Shown piece by piece: positions 25,381-36,917 of a stretch of 64,000 nucleotides of DNA. The notes below the pieces were generated by a model, which saw nothing but the letters and a program-made list of their open reading frames with translations, ran no database searches and was not told the origin of the DNA. How positions within the stretch are numbered: the first letter of the stretch is position 1; the number at the start of each line of letters is the position of its first letter. Source of the stretch: Macrostomum hystrix (taxonomy: Eukaryota; Animalia; Platyhelminthes); NCBI GenBank assembly GCA_950097015.1, contig CATNEN010000002.1, positions 5,022,001-5,086,000 on the forward strand. The letters are read 5' to 3'. A program made the position numbers and the translations under genes.

Positions 25381-26067
25381 GGCAGAGCTTATTCCCACGG
25401 TCCCGTGCCGATAATTTCAATTTTATCCACACGGATCCGTGCCAATAAATTTCGGCTTATCCACATGGCAGCTTGTATGAATAGGTCTAAAACTCTTTAT
25501 ATAAATATGCCGTGCCATTAATTTAAATTTTATCCACACAGTTCTGTTCTTTAAAACGAGGCCCTTTTGGGTTTGAACGTTTTGTTGAACCCTTGAGCCA
25601 ATAGATCGACAAAATTGACAGTGTGTTACGACTTACGACAGTGTTCTACATTCGACCTACACATTCATTAACCGACATTAATGTCATCCTTTTTGATTAT
25701 TGTAATAACAACTTACTAAATCTTTTGTCATCGTTATGTGTTTTCATTCAAATTGTATTGACTTAAAAAAGTAAGAAGTCTATCTAAGAAAATCATACGA
25801 GTCAACCAGCAGAATTCTAGTCAGCACAGCACCAAACTCGTCACACATATTATAAATCATTTTTATTCTTTTACACTATGCATTGATAGTGTACACTATA
25901 CACTATACTCTGAAGCAAAAGCCTTATGCTCAGAGAAGAATAGGTAGGGACTTGAAAGTAGACCTATTCATACAAGCTGCCGTGTGGATAAGCAGAAAAT
26001 TATTGGCACGGATCCGTGTGGATAAAATTGAAATTATCGGCACGGGACTGTGGGAATAAGCACTTCC
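25381..26067. mobile_element. 687-bp Mutator-like MITE
   Basis: About 110-bp TIRs (GGCAGAGCTTATTCCCAC... / ...GTGGGAATAAGCACTTCC); 9-bp TSD CTTTTTAAA (25372-25380, 26068-26076). Confidence 0.8.
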
Positions 26068-26590
26068 CTTTTTAAATGATTTAAATTCATATTGGCCCCA
26101 TCTTTGCAACCAGCATAACACTTTAATTACTCTTACAAATATTAATTGACATTATGGATAACCTACCATAGGGCCTATAGGGTGTAGGCCTAACATCAGT
26201 GTCTGAGTGTCTAAGTAGTAAGAGACTTATTCATAGTTATTAGTATGAGTTTATATTAACTTTGTGATTTGCTTTGGTTTATTTATATATTTATTCCTAC
26301 AAGGTATAAAATTATAGGAATATTGCAGTATCAAATTCTAGTCCTAATATAGGCCCCAATGGATAGGATGGTAGGGGCCTACCAGTTATCCACACACTCA
26401 CATGCACTTATTGAATTAATCTTATTTCCTTACCCTTTATAGTCTTGTTATTCAATGCTATCCTTTAATAAAGAATTCCATTTATCATACAGTTTACAGG
26501 CTGATGAACACTTAGTTCAGATCCAACCCTTTGTTTATAGCTCAATAGAATTTTTTATACAATGGTTTTATAGCTTTCTAACATATAGGG

Positions 26591-26977
26591 CAGGGGTGGG
26601 CAAACTCCGGCCCGCGGGCCAGATGCGGCCCTCGAAGCTCCCAAATCCGGCCCGATGCCCCTTCTGACATCTACAGTGTCCTGTTTCATCTCTCTCGTGT
26701 CTAATATCTCCCGTGTCTCATCGCTCTCGTATCTAATCTCTCCCGTGTCTAATCTCTCCCGTGTCTAATCTCTCCCGTGTCTAATCTCTCCCGTGTCTAA
26801 TCTCTCCCATGTCTTATCTCTCCCGTGTCTCATCTCTCTCGTGTCCCATCTTTCCTGTGTCTCATCTCTCCCGTGTCTCATCTCTCCCCTATCTCATATT
26901 TATACAGTCAATGCGGCCCGCTGTCATCTTTTAGGCTCTCTCTTTGGCCCGCCAGCAAATAAGTTTGCCCACCCCTG
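26591..26977. mobile_element. 387-bp hAT/Charlie-like MITE with an internal 16-bp minisatellite
   Basis: Perfect TIRs CAGGGGTGGGCAAAC / GTTTGCCCACCCCTG, subterminal GGCCCG motifs, 8-bp TSD ATATAGGG (26583-26590, 26978-26985). Confidence 0.92.
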
Positions 26978-27579
26978 ATATAGGGCCTAGCAAATGACAA
27001 ACACTTTTAACAAGTGCCTGAGTGTTAAGACACTTTTTAAAGTTTTCAGTTCTGTAGAATTAGGCCCTACTCATTATTTTTATATTATTTCTTATATAAT
27101 ATAAGAAGGTCAGTTGATCCAGGTGAACATAGGCTACATAGGCCCCTACACTGGATCTGCTGCTTGAGTGTCTCCTGCTGCTCTTTGGTAAGCTGGGCCA
27201 TGATGGCTGGGAAAGCAGGCTGCGAATCGGCCACCAGCAGCACAATGGCTGAACGTGATCCTGCTGATTCCTCTTGCAAGGAACTGGCTCACAAGCCTGA
27301 GGCGCGCCTGGCCGCTTGCTCACAGTTCTCACCAATTGCTTTTCAGTCTGTTGCTGTACAGGCATCTTGCACAGTTCGTGCTCTTCCAACACTTCGGCTT
27401 CCGTCGATCTCAATCTCGACTGTGCTGTTGCTTGCTGAGCCTTCAGGCGTCAAGTGGTAACGGCTTCCAGCATTCTGTCAAATTCTTCTGCGTCCGAAAT
27501 GTCTTCCACTGTATTTAAAACGAGTGGGATATTTTAGTTCAGAACATAGTGATATATGCTCTTCCTCTTCCGTCCAGTG

Positions 27580-27830
27580 GGCCTCCTTTATATAGGCGTG
27601 AAAACTGGGTAAAATCCTTCCTTATTGGCTGCCCTGATTTTTCTGGCCTTCCAATGACTTGTTGACTCCAGAACCACTTCTAAAACTATTTCTATTGGTT
27701 AACTGAGAGTTCCCTTGTTTTGCTTCCCGGCCATTGTTTAGGTCTTCTCACATTTGACTTGGTTTTAAAATTGTTTATTACTTAGCCACGTAATCGCCTT
27801 GGCCCTCCTTTCATTGGTATTTGCTTGGTG
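27580..27830. promoter_or_regulatory. Candidate promoter upstream of TMEM70 (CCAAT-box cluster)
   Basis: ATTGG at 27624, 27694 and 27813, CCAAT at 27651, TTTATATA near 27587. Motif evidence only. Confidence 0.35.
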
Positions 27831-28175
27831 GTGGCGCATAAAAATTTAGGTGAAAGCATGGTAGTTAGAAACTAGCAGCAGATGCAGGCAAAGTGATTTA
27901 ACTTTTTAGCAATCAGCTTTTGCGGTTGTGACTGCAGACATGTAAAATTATTGGTCAAGAAACATGAATATTGGTCAGTCATAATATCTGTACTTAAACA
28001 TATATTGCTTTGTATAAACTTGGTTCTTTACCTTAACTTTTGAGCAACTTAATTTTGTTATAATCAAAAAATATTCGCAACACTTGTAAGATATGCAAAT
28101 AAGTTAAACTAAGATTTTAGGCAACTTAAGAGCTATAAATAGCTTTTATCAGTATTTTCACAATTTTTCAGCAAA

Positions 28176-28787
28176 ATGCGGGCCCTAAGCATTGCATTGA
28201 CTTTAGCTTCAAAGCGATCCATGCATTCTAGCCAGAGAGTACTACTAGCCTGTTCCAATGCCCCCAAGTTAGGCCGGGGCTATGCAGAGACCAGCAGATC
28301 AAGCGGTGGTTCAGTTGAGAAGCAGCTCGGTGGGCCAGAGTATCGCTTAGTTTATCGCGGTCCCAAGAATGCTATGGTGCTAGCTGTGAAATCATTCTCG
28401 CTTGCCACCAGCAGCATTGGTGTGTGTGGCCAGGCCTTTATTATCACAGCTGGCCGCGGCGGTGTGGTGGATGCCGTGCTCATCGGTGGCCTGGGCTTGT
28501 TCGCCCTGGCAACGCCTCTTCTGCTCCACCTGTTGACATCGTCCTACGTGTTTTGGCTCTACGTCCACTCTGATGGTTGCAGCTATCGTGCGGTGACAAA
28601 GAATATCTTATTGCGCAATCGTTTTATTGATTTTCGAGTCGATCAAGTTGCCCTGACTGAGACTGGCATTCCGTTTGCCAATCTGAGCGTGTCAGATGCG
28701 CACAAGAAACTGTTTGTGGACCCGTCCTATAGCTTGGATTTAGACTCAGTGTCTAAGCTGTTTCATCCTACTGGAAGTAGCAAGTAG
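28176..28787 (+). CDS. TMEM70: TMEM70, mitochondrial ATP synthase assembly factor
   Basis: Presequence-like N-terminus, then LVYRG...AVKSFSLATS...TPLLLHLLTSSYVFWLY...YRAVT, matching the TMEM70 family pattern from memory. Single coding exon; acceptor tttttcag ends at 28171; AATAAA at 28826 and 28845. Confidence 0.85.
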   Translation: MRALSIALTLASKRSMHSSQRVLLACSNAPKLGRGYAETSRSSGGSVEKQLGGPEYRLVYRGPKNAMVLAVKSFSLATSSIGVCGQAFIITAGRGGVVDAVLIGGLGLFALATPLLLHLLTSSYVFWLYVHSDGCSYRAVTKNILLRNRFIDFRVDQVALTETGIPFANLSVSDAHKKLFVDPSYSLDLDSVSKLFHPTGSSK

Positions 28788-28984
28788 CGAATTTTTTGTA
28801 AATCTAGAAAGCAGATTTTTTATTAAATAAACTTACAACTGCGTAATAAACTTTCAGAGGCTTTTTGCACTCTTTTGAAAAATCTTTTTAGTATATTTAA
28901 AAAACCATTAACCTGTATCAGCTGTGCTCAAACACTTTTTTAGCTTTCTCGTCCCTAACCGCTTCCAAATGTGCTCATAAATCT

Positions 28985-29166
28985 TATTTTAGCCTATTCT
29001 CACGTGCAACCAGTCTGAGCTGTGCTCAAACTATTCCAGCATACTCATGAAAACCAGTCTGAGCTGTGCTCAAACTATTCCAGCATACTCATGAAAGCCA
29101 GTCTGAGCTGTGCTCAAACTATTCCAGCATACTCTCATGTGAAACCAGTCTATGCTGTGCTCAAAA
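28985..29166. repeat. About 44-bp tandem repeat between TMEM70 and MTG2
   Basis: AACCAGTCTGAGCTGTGCTCAAACTATTCCAGCATACTCATG; the last copy contains the ATG at 29152. Confidence 0.85.
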
Positions 29167-31509
29167 TTGATTTTTCAGCCTCTTCTCGCCCAGTCCAACT
29201 GTCGCCTCTTGGCGAGCGTTTCGGCGCTCTGCCGCTCGCTGACCTCGGCGCGCTCATCCTCGACCTCGATTTCGGCGCCAACTTTTCAGTTAAAAAGCGA
29301 CGGAGAAGCAGCGCCTAGGCAACCGTTGCCAAGGAAACGGCGAGCAGCCGGTGACGCCGATGTTATGGGCTTCGCCGATTCCCGCCAGCTTCGCTGCACC
29401 GGCGGCCGCGGCGGCGACGGTATGATATCCTTCAACAGGCTGTTCTGCAATCCGATGGCGGGGCCAGGCGGCGGCGACGGCGGCAACGGCGGGCACGTTG
29501 TGCTGCGCTGCAACGAAGCCGTCCGGGACCTCAGCGGCATCCCCGTTGAGGTGCGCGCAGAGTCCGGCCGAGGCGGCGGCAGCGCGAACTGTCACGGCAG
29601 GAAGGGCGAGCACCGTATGCTGGACGTGCCGCCGGGCACCCAGGTGACTGATGAAGCTGGCAGGATGCTGTGCGAATTGCAGGAGCACGGACAGGTAACC
29701 ACTTCGCCTAATTTATATGTACACCTCTACCACAAAATTTGCGCCCCGCCCAGGCGTACATCTGACACCCAACCCCGCCCAGGTGTACATCTGACACCCC
29801 ACCCCGCCCAGGTGTACATCTGACACCCCACCCCGCCCAGGTGTACATCTGACACCCCACCCCGCCCAGGTGTACATCTGACACCCCATCCCACCCAGGT
29901 GTACAACTGACACCCCATCCCACCCAGGTGTACATCTGACACCCCATCCCACCCAGGTGTGCATCCCACACTTCACCCCGCCCTCCCAGGTGTGCATCCC
30001 ACACCCCACCCCGCCCTCCCAGGTGTACATCCCACACCCCACCCCGCCCTCCCAGGTGTACATCTCACACCCCACCCCGCCCTCCCAGGTGTACATCTCA
30101 CACCCCACCCCGCCCTCCCAGGTGTACATCTCACACCCCACCCCGCCCTCCCAGGTGTACATCTCACACCCCACCCCGCCCTCCCAGGTGTACGTGGCTG
30201 CCCGTGGCGGCGCAGGCGGCAAAGGCAACGCTTTCTTCCTCAGCAACACGAATCGCGCGCCTCAGCTAGCCGAATACGGCGCCGCCGGCGAGTCCAGACA
30301 GCTGTCGCTGCGCCTTCGCATTCTCGCCGATGTCGGTCTAGTTGGCTTCCCGAACGCTGGCAAGTCCTCCCTGCTGCGCGCTTTGAGCAGAGCTCGGCCG
30401 CGAGTGTCTCCCCAGGCGTTCACCACCTTGCAGCCACACGTTGGCGTGGTGAAATTCCCCGGCCTGGACGTCTCTGTCGCCGACATTCCAGGCTTGATTG
30501 AGGGCGCGCACGAGAACAGAGGACTCGGGCACGACTTCCTGCGGTGAGTAGGCAATGATTCTCTAATAATTTGAAATATCACAGGTGAGATTCTTGGGTT
30601 CGCATGATATCACAGATGAGATTCTCAGGTCAGGGGGATATCACAGGTGAGATTCTCAGGTCAGTAGGATATCACAGGTGAGATTCTCAGGTCAGTAGGA
30701 TATCACAGGAGTGATTATCAGGTCAGTAGGATATCACAGGAGGGATTATCAGGTCAGTAGGATATCACAGGTGAGATTCTCAGGTCAGTAGGATATCACA
30801 GGTGAGATTCTCAGGTCAGTAGGATATCACAGGAGTGATTATCAGGTCAGTAGGATATCACAGGAGGGATTATCAGGTCAGTAGGATATCACAGGTGAGA
30901 TTCTCAGGTCAGTAGGATATCACAGGAGTGATTATCAGGTCAGTAGGATATCACAGGAGGGATTATCAGGTCAGTAGGATATCACAGGAGGGATTATCAA
31001 GTCAGTAGGATATCACAGGAGGGATTATCAAGTCAGTAGGATATCACAGGAGGGATTATCAGGTCAGTAGGATATCACAGGAGGGATTATCAAGTCAGTA
31101 GGATATCACAGGAGGGATTATCAGGTCAGTAGGATATCACAGGAGGGATTCTCAGGTCAGGGGGATATCACAGGTGATAAGATCCCATGTTCCTCTTTTC
31201 ACCCGCAGTCACATCGCCCGCTGTCCCTGTCTGCTCTGCGTGATCGATCTGGGAGCCCCGGATCCAGTCGGCCAGGTGGAGACACTGTTCTCAGAGCTGG
31301 ACCATTTCTCAGCCAACATGTCCAGCTGTGTGCGGCTCATTGTGGCCAACAAGTGCGACCTGAGCTACTCAGCTGACAATCTGAGACTACTCAAGCGCGA
31401 GGCCGATGATCTGCCGCCGGTGATTGCTCTGTCGGCCAAGACTGGAGAAAGTCTGGACACGTTAAATAACTTCCTGCATTCGTTCTTTCGGTTTAAAGCT
31501 TATGGTTGA
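29152..31509 (+). CDS. MTG2: Mitochondrial Obg-family GTPase MTG2/GTPBP5
   Basis: Obg Gly-rich fold ([25 protein letters not shown]), [51 protein letters not shown]. Exons 29152 (or 29179)-29694, 30188-30543, 31209-31509. Confidence 0.93.
29740..30193. repeat. 29-bp then 33-bp tandem repeats in MTG2 intron 1
   Basis: Each unit contains CCCAGGTGTAC (or a near variant). Confidence 0.93.
30575..31176. repeat. 31-bp minisatellite in MTG2 intron 2
   Basis: GATATCACAGGTGAGATTCTCAGGTCAGTAG. Confidence 0.93.
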
Positions 31510-31779
31510 CGGCTCGTTTATCTTCTGAACTTTTATGGACAGTCAATTGTGCGTTTAATTAGCATTTTTGTTACAAACCTAGTTTAATCAATAAAAACTA
31601 AATTATATATCTTAAAATGCTTTAAAAATTAGACTTTATTCTTGAAAATTATCAATTTCGTTTTCGATTTTTAATTTTTGTCGATTCAGCCTTTCACATG
31701 CCATTTTCAAAGATGCCTGTAATAATAACTTTATTTCACTCCTTGTTTCCCAAGATTATTTCCCCAAATTTAACAAACC

Positions 31780-32615
31780 AACAGGATTTCACCAGAAATT
31801 CCCAACAGGATTTCCCATGAGATTCCCAACGATTTCCACTGAGAAATTACCAACAGGATTTCCCGTGCGATTCCCAACGATTTCCACTGAGATTACCAAC
31901 AAGATTTCCCGTGAGATTCCCAACACAATTTCCCCTGAGATTACCAAAAGGATTTCCCCTGAGATTCCCAACACAATTTCCCCTGAGATTACCAAAAGGA
32001 TTTCCCGTGAGATTCCCAATACGATTTCCCGTGAGATTCCCAACAAGATTTCCCGTGAGATTCCCAATACAATTTCCCCTGAGATTACCAAAAGGATTTC
32101 CCGTGAGATTCCCAACACAATTTCCCCTGAGATTACCAAAAGGATTTCCCGTGAGATTCCCAATACGATTTCCCGTGAGATTCCCAATACGATTTCCCCT
32201 GAGATTACCAACACAGTTTCCCCTGAGATTACCAAAAGGATTTCCCGTGAGATTCCCAACACGATTTCCCCTTAGATTACCAACACGATTTCCCTTGAGA
32301 TTACCAATACGATTTCCCCTGAGATTCCCAACACGATTTCCCCTGAGATTACCATCAGGATTTCCTCTTAGATTGCCACCAGGAATCCCCCTTAGATTAC
32401 CAACATGATTTTCCCTGAGTTTTTCAACACGTTTTACCCTGATATTACCAACTCGATTTCCGCAGTGATTCCCAACACGATTTTGCGTGAGATTCCCAGC
32501 CAGATTTCCCCTGAGATTACCACCAGGTTTTCCTCTTAGATTACCACCAGGATTTCCCCTAAATTTTCCATCACGGTTCACCCTGAGATGACCAACAAGA
32601 TTTCCTCTGAGATTC
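31780..32615. repeat. 24-bp minisatellite between MTG2 and UVSSA
   Basis: GATTTCCCGTGAGATTCCCAACAC. Confidence 0.92.
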
Positions 32616-32691
32616 CAAGTTATTTTTCATCGCTGATTTTGCAGTCTTCAATAAAATATTGAAAAGCAGCTCTACGTGAACAATACCAAGC

Positions 32692-35600
32692 ATGGCCGCC
32701 TTTCGTCGACAGAAGGTTCGGCCGGGTTCTCGAGACGCAGCCGAATCGGCCGATCCTAAGGAGCGCCTTCTCGCCTGCATCGATCGGCTGACCCGGAGCG
32801 GCGAGGCCTGCTTGAATCCCGCCGACTCGACCGAGTTGAAGCGCCTCTGCCGGGCTGATCAGCAGCTTGTAGATCTGGCCCACACCCTGCTGTGCCATCG
32901 GCTGGCTCAGGAGCACGCCCAGATTCGACTGTCGGCCTTTCAAATTGTCGACTTGCTGTTTAGAAGATCGCGCAGATTTCGTGAATTGACATTGGATAGA
33001 TTCGAGCGATTGGTTGGGGCTGTTCTGATTGGTTAGTTTAAAATTACCTTTAATTATATGTAGTTTTAAGCTACGTTGTTCCTTTATTCGTCAGTTGCGA
33101 CTCTACAGGATCATCAAATCGGTACTGCCGAATCTAAAATATTCATTAAATCATTAGTTTAAGTCTTAATTAGTCAACAAGTTGTTATTTACGAATCAAA
33201 TTTAGTTCTCAAATCGTTAGTTTTGAATCTAAAGTAGTCATCAAATCGTTAGTTTTGAATCTGAAGGAGTCATCAAATCGTTAGTTTTGAATCTGAAGGA
33301 GTCATCAAATCGTTAGTTTTGAATCTGAAGGAGTCATCAAATCGTTAGTTTTGAATCTGAAGGAGTCATCAAATCGTTAGTTTTGAATCTGAAGGAGTCA
33401 TCAAATCGTTAGTTTTGAATCTGAAAGAGTCATCAAATCGTTAGTTTTGAATCTGAAGGAGTCATCAAATCGTTAGTTTTGAATCTGAAGGAGTCATCAA
33501 ATCGTTAGTTTTGAATCTGAAAGAGTCATCAAATCGTTAGTTTTGAATCTGAAGGAGTCATCAAATCGTTAGTTTTGAATCTGAAGGAGTCATCAAATCG
33601 TTAGTTTTGAATCTGAAGGAGTCATCAAATCGTTAGTTTTGAATCTAAAGTGCTCCTTAAATCGTTAGTTTCGAATTTTTATGTCTCCTAATTAACGTGT
33701 TTTGTATACGTTTTGGTCCTCGTCAATCCCAAAACTCCTTGGCAACCAAACAACTCGCAGACAACGAAGCTAAAAGTCCGCTGCCTAAGCCAGTTTCCGT
33801 ATTTCGCCAGCTGGGTGACCTGGCTTTGCAAACATTCATCGACTGGCACAATGACTTCAGCGTGGAGCATCCAAAACTTGTGTTTGCCTTCCGATTTCTG
33901 TCTCAGGCTCATTCTGTGAGTTGTGCTTTGACAAATTTGTTTAATACATGACTCTTAGTGTACAGATGTTCAGTCTGGGGACTAGGTATTGCTTCTTTAG
34001 GACTGAGAATCGAACCCCCGATCTCCCGTTCAGAAGTGTTTTCAGCTCTAACCACTGGGCAATGGGACCGTAAGAATCTAACCCTGGGTGACTAATCCCT
34101 TGAGGGCTGAGTGGGCAGAGCTGTCTAACGCGTTTGCCTCTCGCACCAAGGTCCCTGAGCTCGATTCCGCGGCAAGGCCACATTCATTTGAGGCGCAGCC
34201 GCGAAGAGAAATTTTGGGACCTTTTTAGTGCAAGTTGCATCCTTGAGGGCCAACCTCCAAGGCACAGTGGAGAGTGTACACTGCCTGACGATGAGAAAGT
34301 CAGGGCAGATGTACACACCTATATGATCGGTGCCTTCGTACAGTATCTGTGTGCGTGTGTGCTCAGGAGTCAGCGGAATGGGCAGAATTGCCTCCTCGCT
34401 GGCTGCGGGTCTAGTGTCACTAAATGATGTGCCATGGCCAGCAGCCCTGCTGCAATTATTATTATAAGTATTATTATTATTAGTAGTAGCAGTAGTATTA
34501 GTAGTAGTAGTTGTTGTCGTTGTAGTAGCAGTATAAGTAGCAGTAGTGGTATAGCTAGACGTGTATGACATGTCCATCACAGTCTTCAATATTTGTTGTC
34601 GTGTGCACTGAGTTCCACATGGAACCAACTGCAGAACGACAACAAAAATAATAGCAACAGTACAACAGAGCAAGGCTCATGTGCTCATAGCTCATGTGCT
34701 CATGTGCAGGCTTGCATGTGACAGAATTCTGTCCACTCCAGTCTGTAATTAAGAGTTCAAAAAACTAATTTTCTTTGCTCCTAGGCAAGAAATGAGTTTT
34801 GCTTAGAGGTTCTCAAATTCATTTCCTCTTTCTCTTAGCTGCCTATTGGGCCGCTGCACGCGATGCAACCCGTTTAAGGCAGTAAATCTAACGAGCACGA
34901 CTCAATATAAGCTTGTCATGGCAAAGAAGAAAACCATTCCTTAATTGAAAAATCTGGATGTTAATACAGAAACAGCGTACTACCCTCGTAAAACCACAAT
35001 ATGCTTTTTGTACTATCATAATTAGTAAGGTTAATATACTCACAACGAAATACATATTGACTGTCTGTAAATTTCGAACACCCAGGCGCGCCTGGCCCAG
35101 GTTCGCGACCGCTTATCGCAGGCCGCTGCCCAGCAACTGGCCGAAGCTCGTCGCCTGGCCGAGAAGAAGCGCGAGCTGCTTCAAGAGGCTCGTCAACAGT
35201 TCTCAGACGAGGAAGCTGAACTCACCGCTTGCCTAGCAACCGTTGCTAACTGTCTGGAACTGCTGGTGCCACGACCCGAGGATTTTGACGTCAACGCGCT
35301 CACGTCGGACCAACTTGCCGATGCTCCCGATGCCGACCTGCTAGACATTGGCCTCGTCGACGAGGATGACTTTGAGACGGCAACAGAGGACGAACGTCGA
35401 CGACTTCATGGCATCGTGAGCTCGACTGCCACAGCCACCGCCGCCGGTGGCAGCCTCGGCCAGGTGCAGCTGCGCCTGGTTCGGCCTTGCATTCGTCAGA
35501 CTCCGGACAATGCGGAACTGCTGGAGGCCTTGGTGACCCGCTCTGAGCAGCTGCGCAAACGGCTCATGCCTAAGCTGGCTCGCTGGCTAGCTCTAGTCCA

Positions 35601-36594
35601 GCGGTGCAGCGATGTTGAAGGCGCCGAGGCTGCGCCACTCCGAGACCGCCTGACCGACCTGGTGGCGCAGGCAGATCGGCTGCTCGGCCAAGTCAAAGGG
35701 CTGCGCATTGTGCGGCCCGGCCAGGACACAGGTGCCAACAATGAGTCCTTTGCCGCAGACGATGACGATGAAAATGCCAGCGTCAACGAGTCCTCGGCCG
35801 ACTTTGAAGTTGTAGAAAAGAAAGACGGCTTTGAGACCGACGCCGCCGCGCCTCAGTCGCCGCCGACTCGACGGCCACAAGCAGCGTCGTCATCTTCGTC
35901 AACAGCCGCCGTTCGTGCAGCTCAGAATGCGGCGTCAAATCAGTCGGCCTCTTCAACATCTGCCAGCAGCTCCGATCAGGTTCCCGTGGTGCCATTCGGC
36001 CTGGACCTGCTGCACTGGGGCGCCAAGGACTCCGCGCTCGGCTCCGCCACCATCGGCTACCGCATGGACGACGGCGGACACTCGTTTGGCTATCGCCCTC
36101 TTGATGGTGACGAGTCCTTCGAGATCAGCGGCAGTCGGCACATTCTGACGATGCGTACGATGGTCTTTGCCACCCCGGACCAGCCAGTGCGCTGGGCCTG
36201 CCGACATCCGCTGCCCGACGGTGGCGTCTGCGCCCGCATGGACCGCCTGAAATGCCCGTTCCACGGTCGCATTGTGCCGCGCGATGAAACTGGCAAGCCG
36301 ACTAGCCAGTCCGCTGAAGCAGATCCCACTGCCGAGACAGATGCGGTTGCGCCCAACAAGAAGCTCAAGAAGAAGACAAAGGAAAAGAAGAAATCTCCTG
36401 AGGTGGGCGGCGGCGGCGGTGGCGGAGGCCTGGTGAACATCCGGGCGCTGGTGGACAACCCGCGCAGCCGCCTGGCAGCCAGGGTTGCCAGCAAGGCGGC
36501 TCTGCGCAAGGCAGCCGAAGACGAGGACGCCAGGCGGCGTAGAAAAATGCTGGATAAATTTGGCGACCAATTCCAGTACCAGTTTCTCAACTGA
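32692..36594 (+). CDS. UVSSA: UV-stimulated scaffold protein A
   Basis: N-terminal VHS-like EHAQIRLSAFQIVDLLFRRSRRFRELT and C-terminal CRHPLPDGGVCARMDRLKCPFHGRIVPRDETG. Exons 32692-33031, 33761-33915, 35086-36594 with matching phases. Confidence 0.93.
33205..33675. repeat. 32-bp minisatellite in UVSSA intron 1
   Basis: TCATCAAATCGTTAGTTTTGAATCTGAAGGAG. Confidence 0.95.
33960..34068 (-). mobile_element. tRNA-like SINE head, probably family B
   Basis: TGCCCAGTGGTTAGAGC...GGGTTCGATTCTC; CORE segment not evident. Confidence 0.5.
34103..34560 (+). mobile_element. tRNA-derived SINE family A, near full length
   Basis: Head with A-box-like GGCAGAGCTGTCTAACGCG and B-box-like GAGCTCGATTCC, shared body, (TTA/TAG)n tail. 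Confidence 0.8.
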
Positions 36595-36917
36595 TCAAAC
36601 TTTTCATTGATCAGTTCCTCTTGTCTCTGTGGTGTTCAACCTGTCCTGACCTGCTTATGAACACTCTCAGTGCTGTGCCTTTAAGCTCATGTGTAATCTT
36701 GTAAACTCATGCCCTCAGATAACAGAAAAATATGAGTATTTATTCAATCCTGAATGTTTTTGCAATGGAATGAATGAATTCATAATTTGGTTGATTCTCA
36801 TAGCATATAGTCATGTCGTTTTCATTTCTTTTTAATAAAATAACAAGTGGAACCCTCAGTAATGTTTTCCAGAAACTTCAGATACTTTTAGAACGTACTA
36901 GATTTGTGACTTGATGC

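Noticed and set aside
25420-26030. DnaA-box cluster suggesting a bacterial origin or contamination
   Set aside because: The boxes lie inside MITE TIRs bounded by a TSD and flanked by intron-containing genes.
27450-27452. Selenocysteine codon
   Set aside because: No selenoprotein motif or recognisable SECIS seen.
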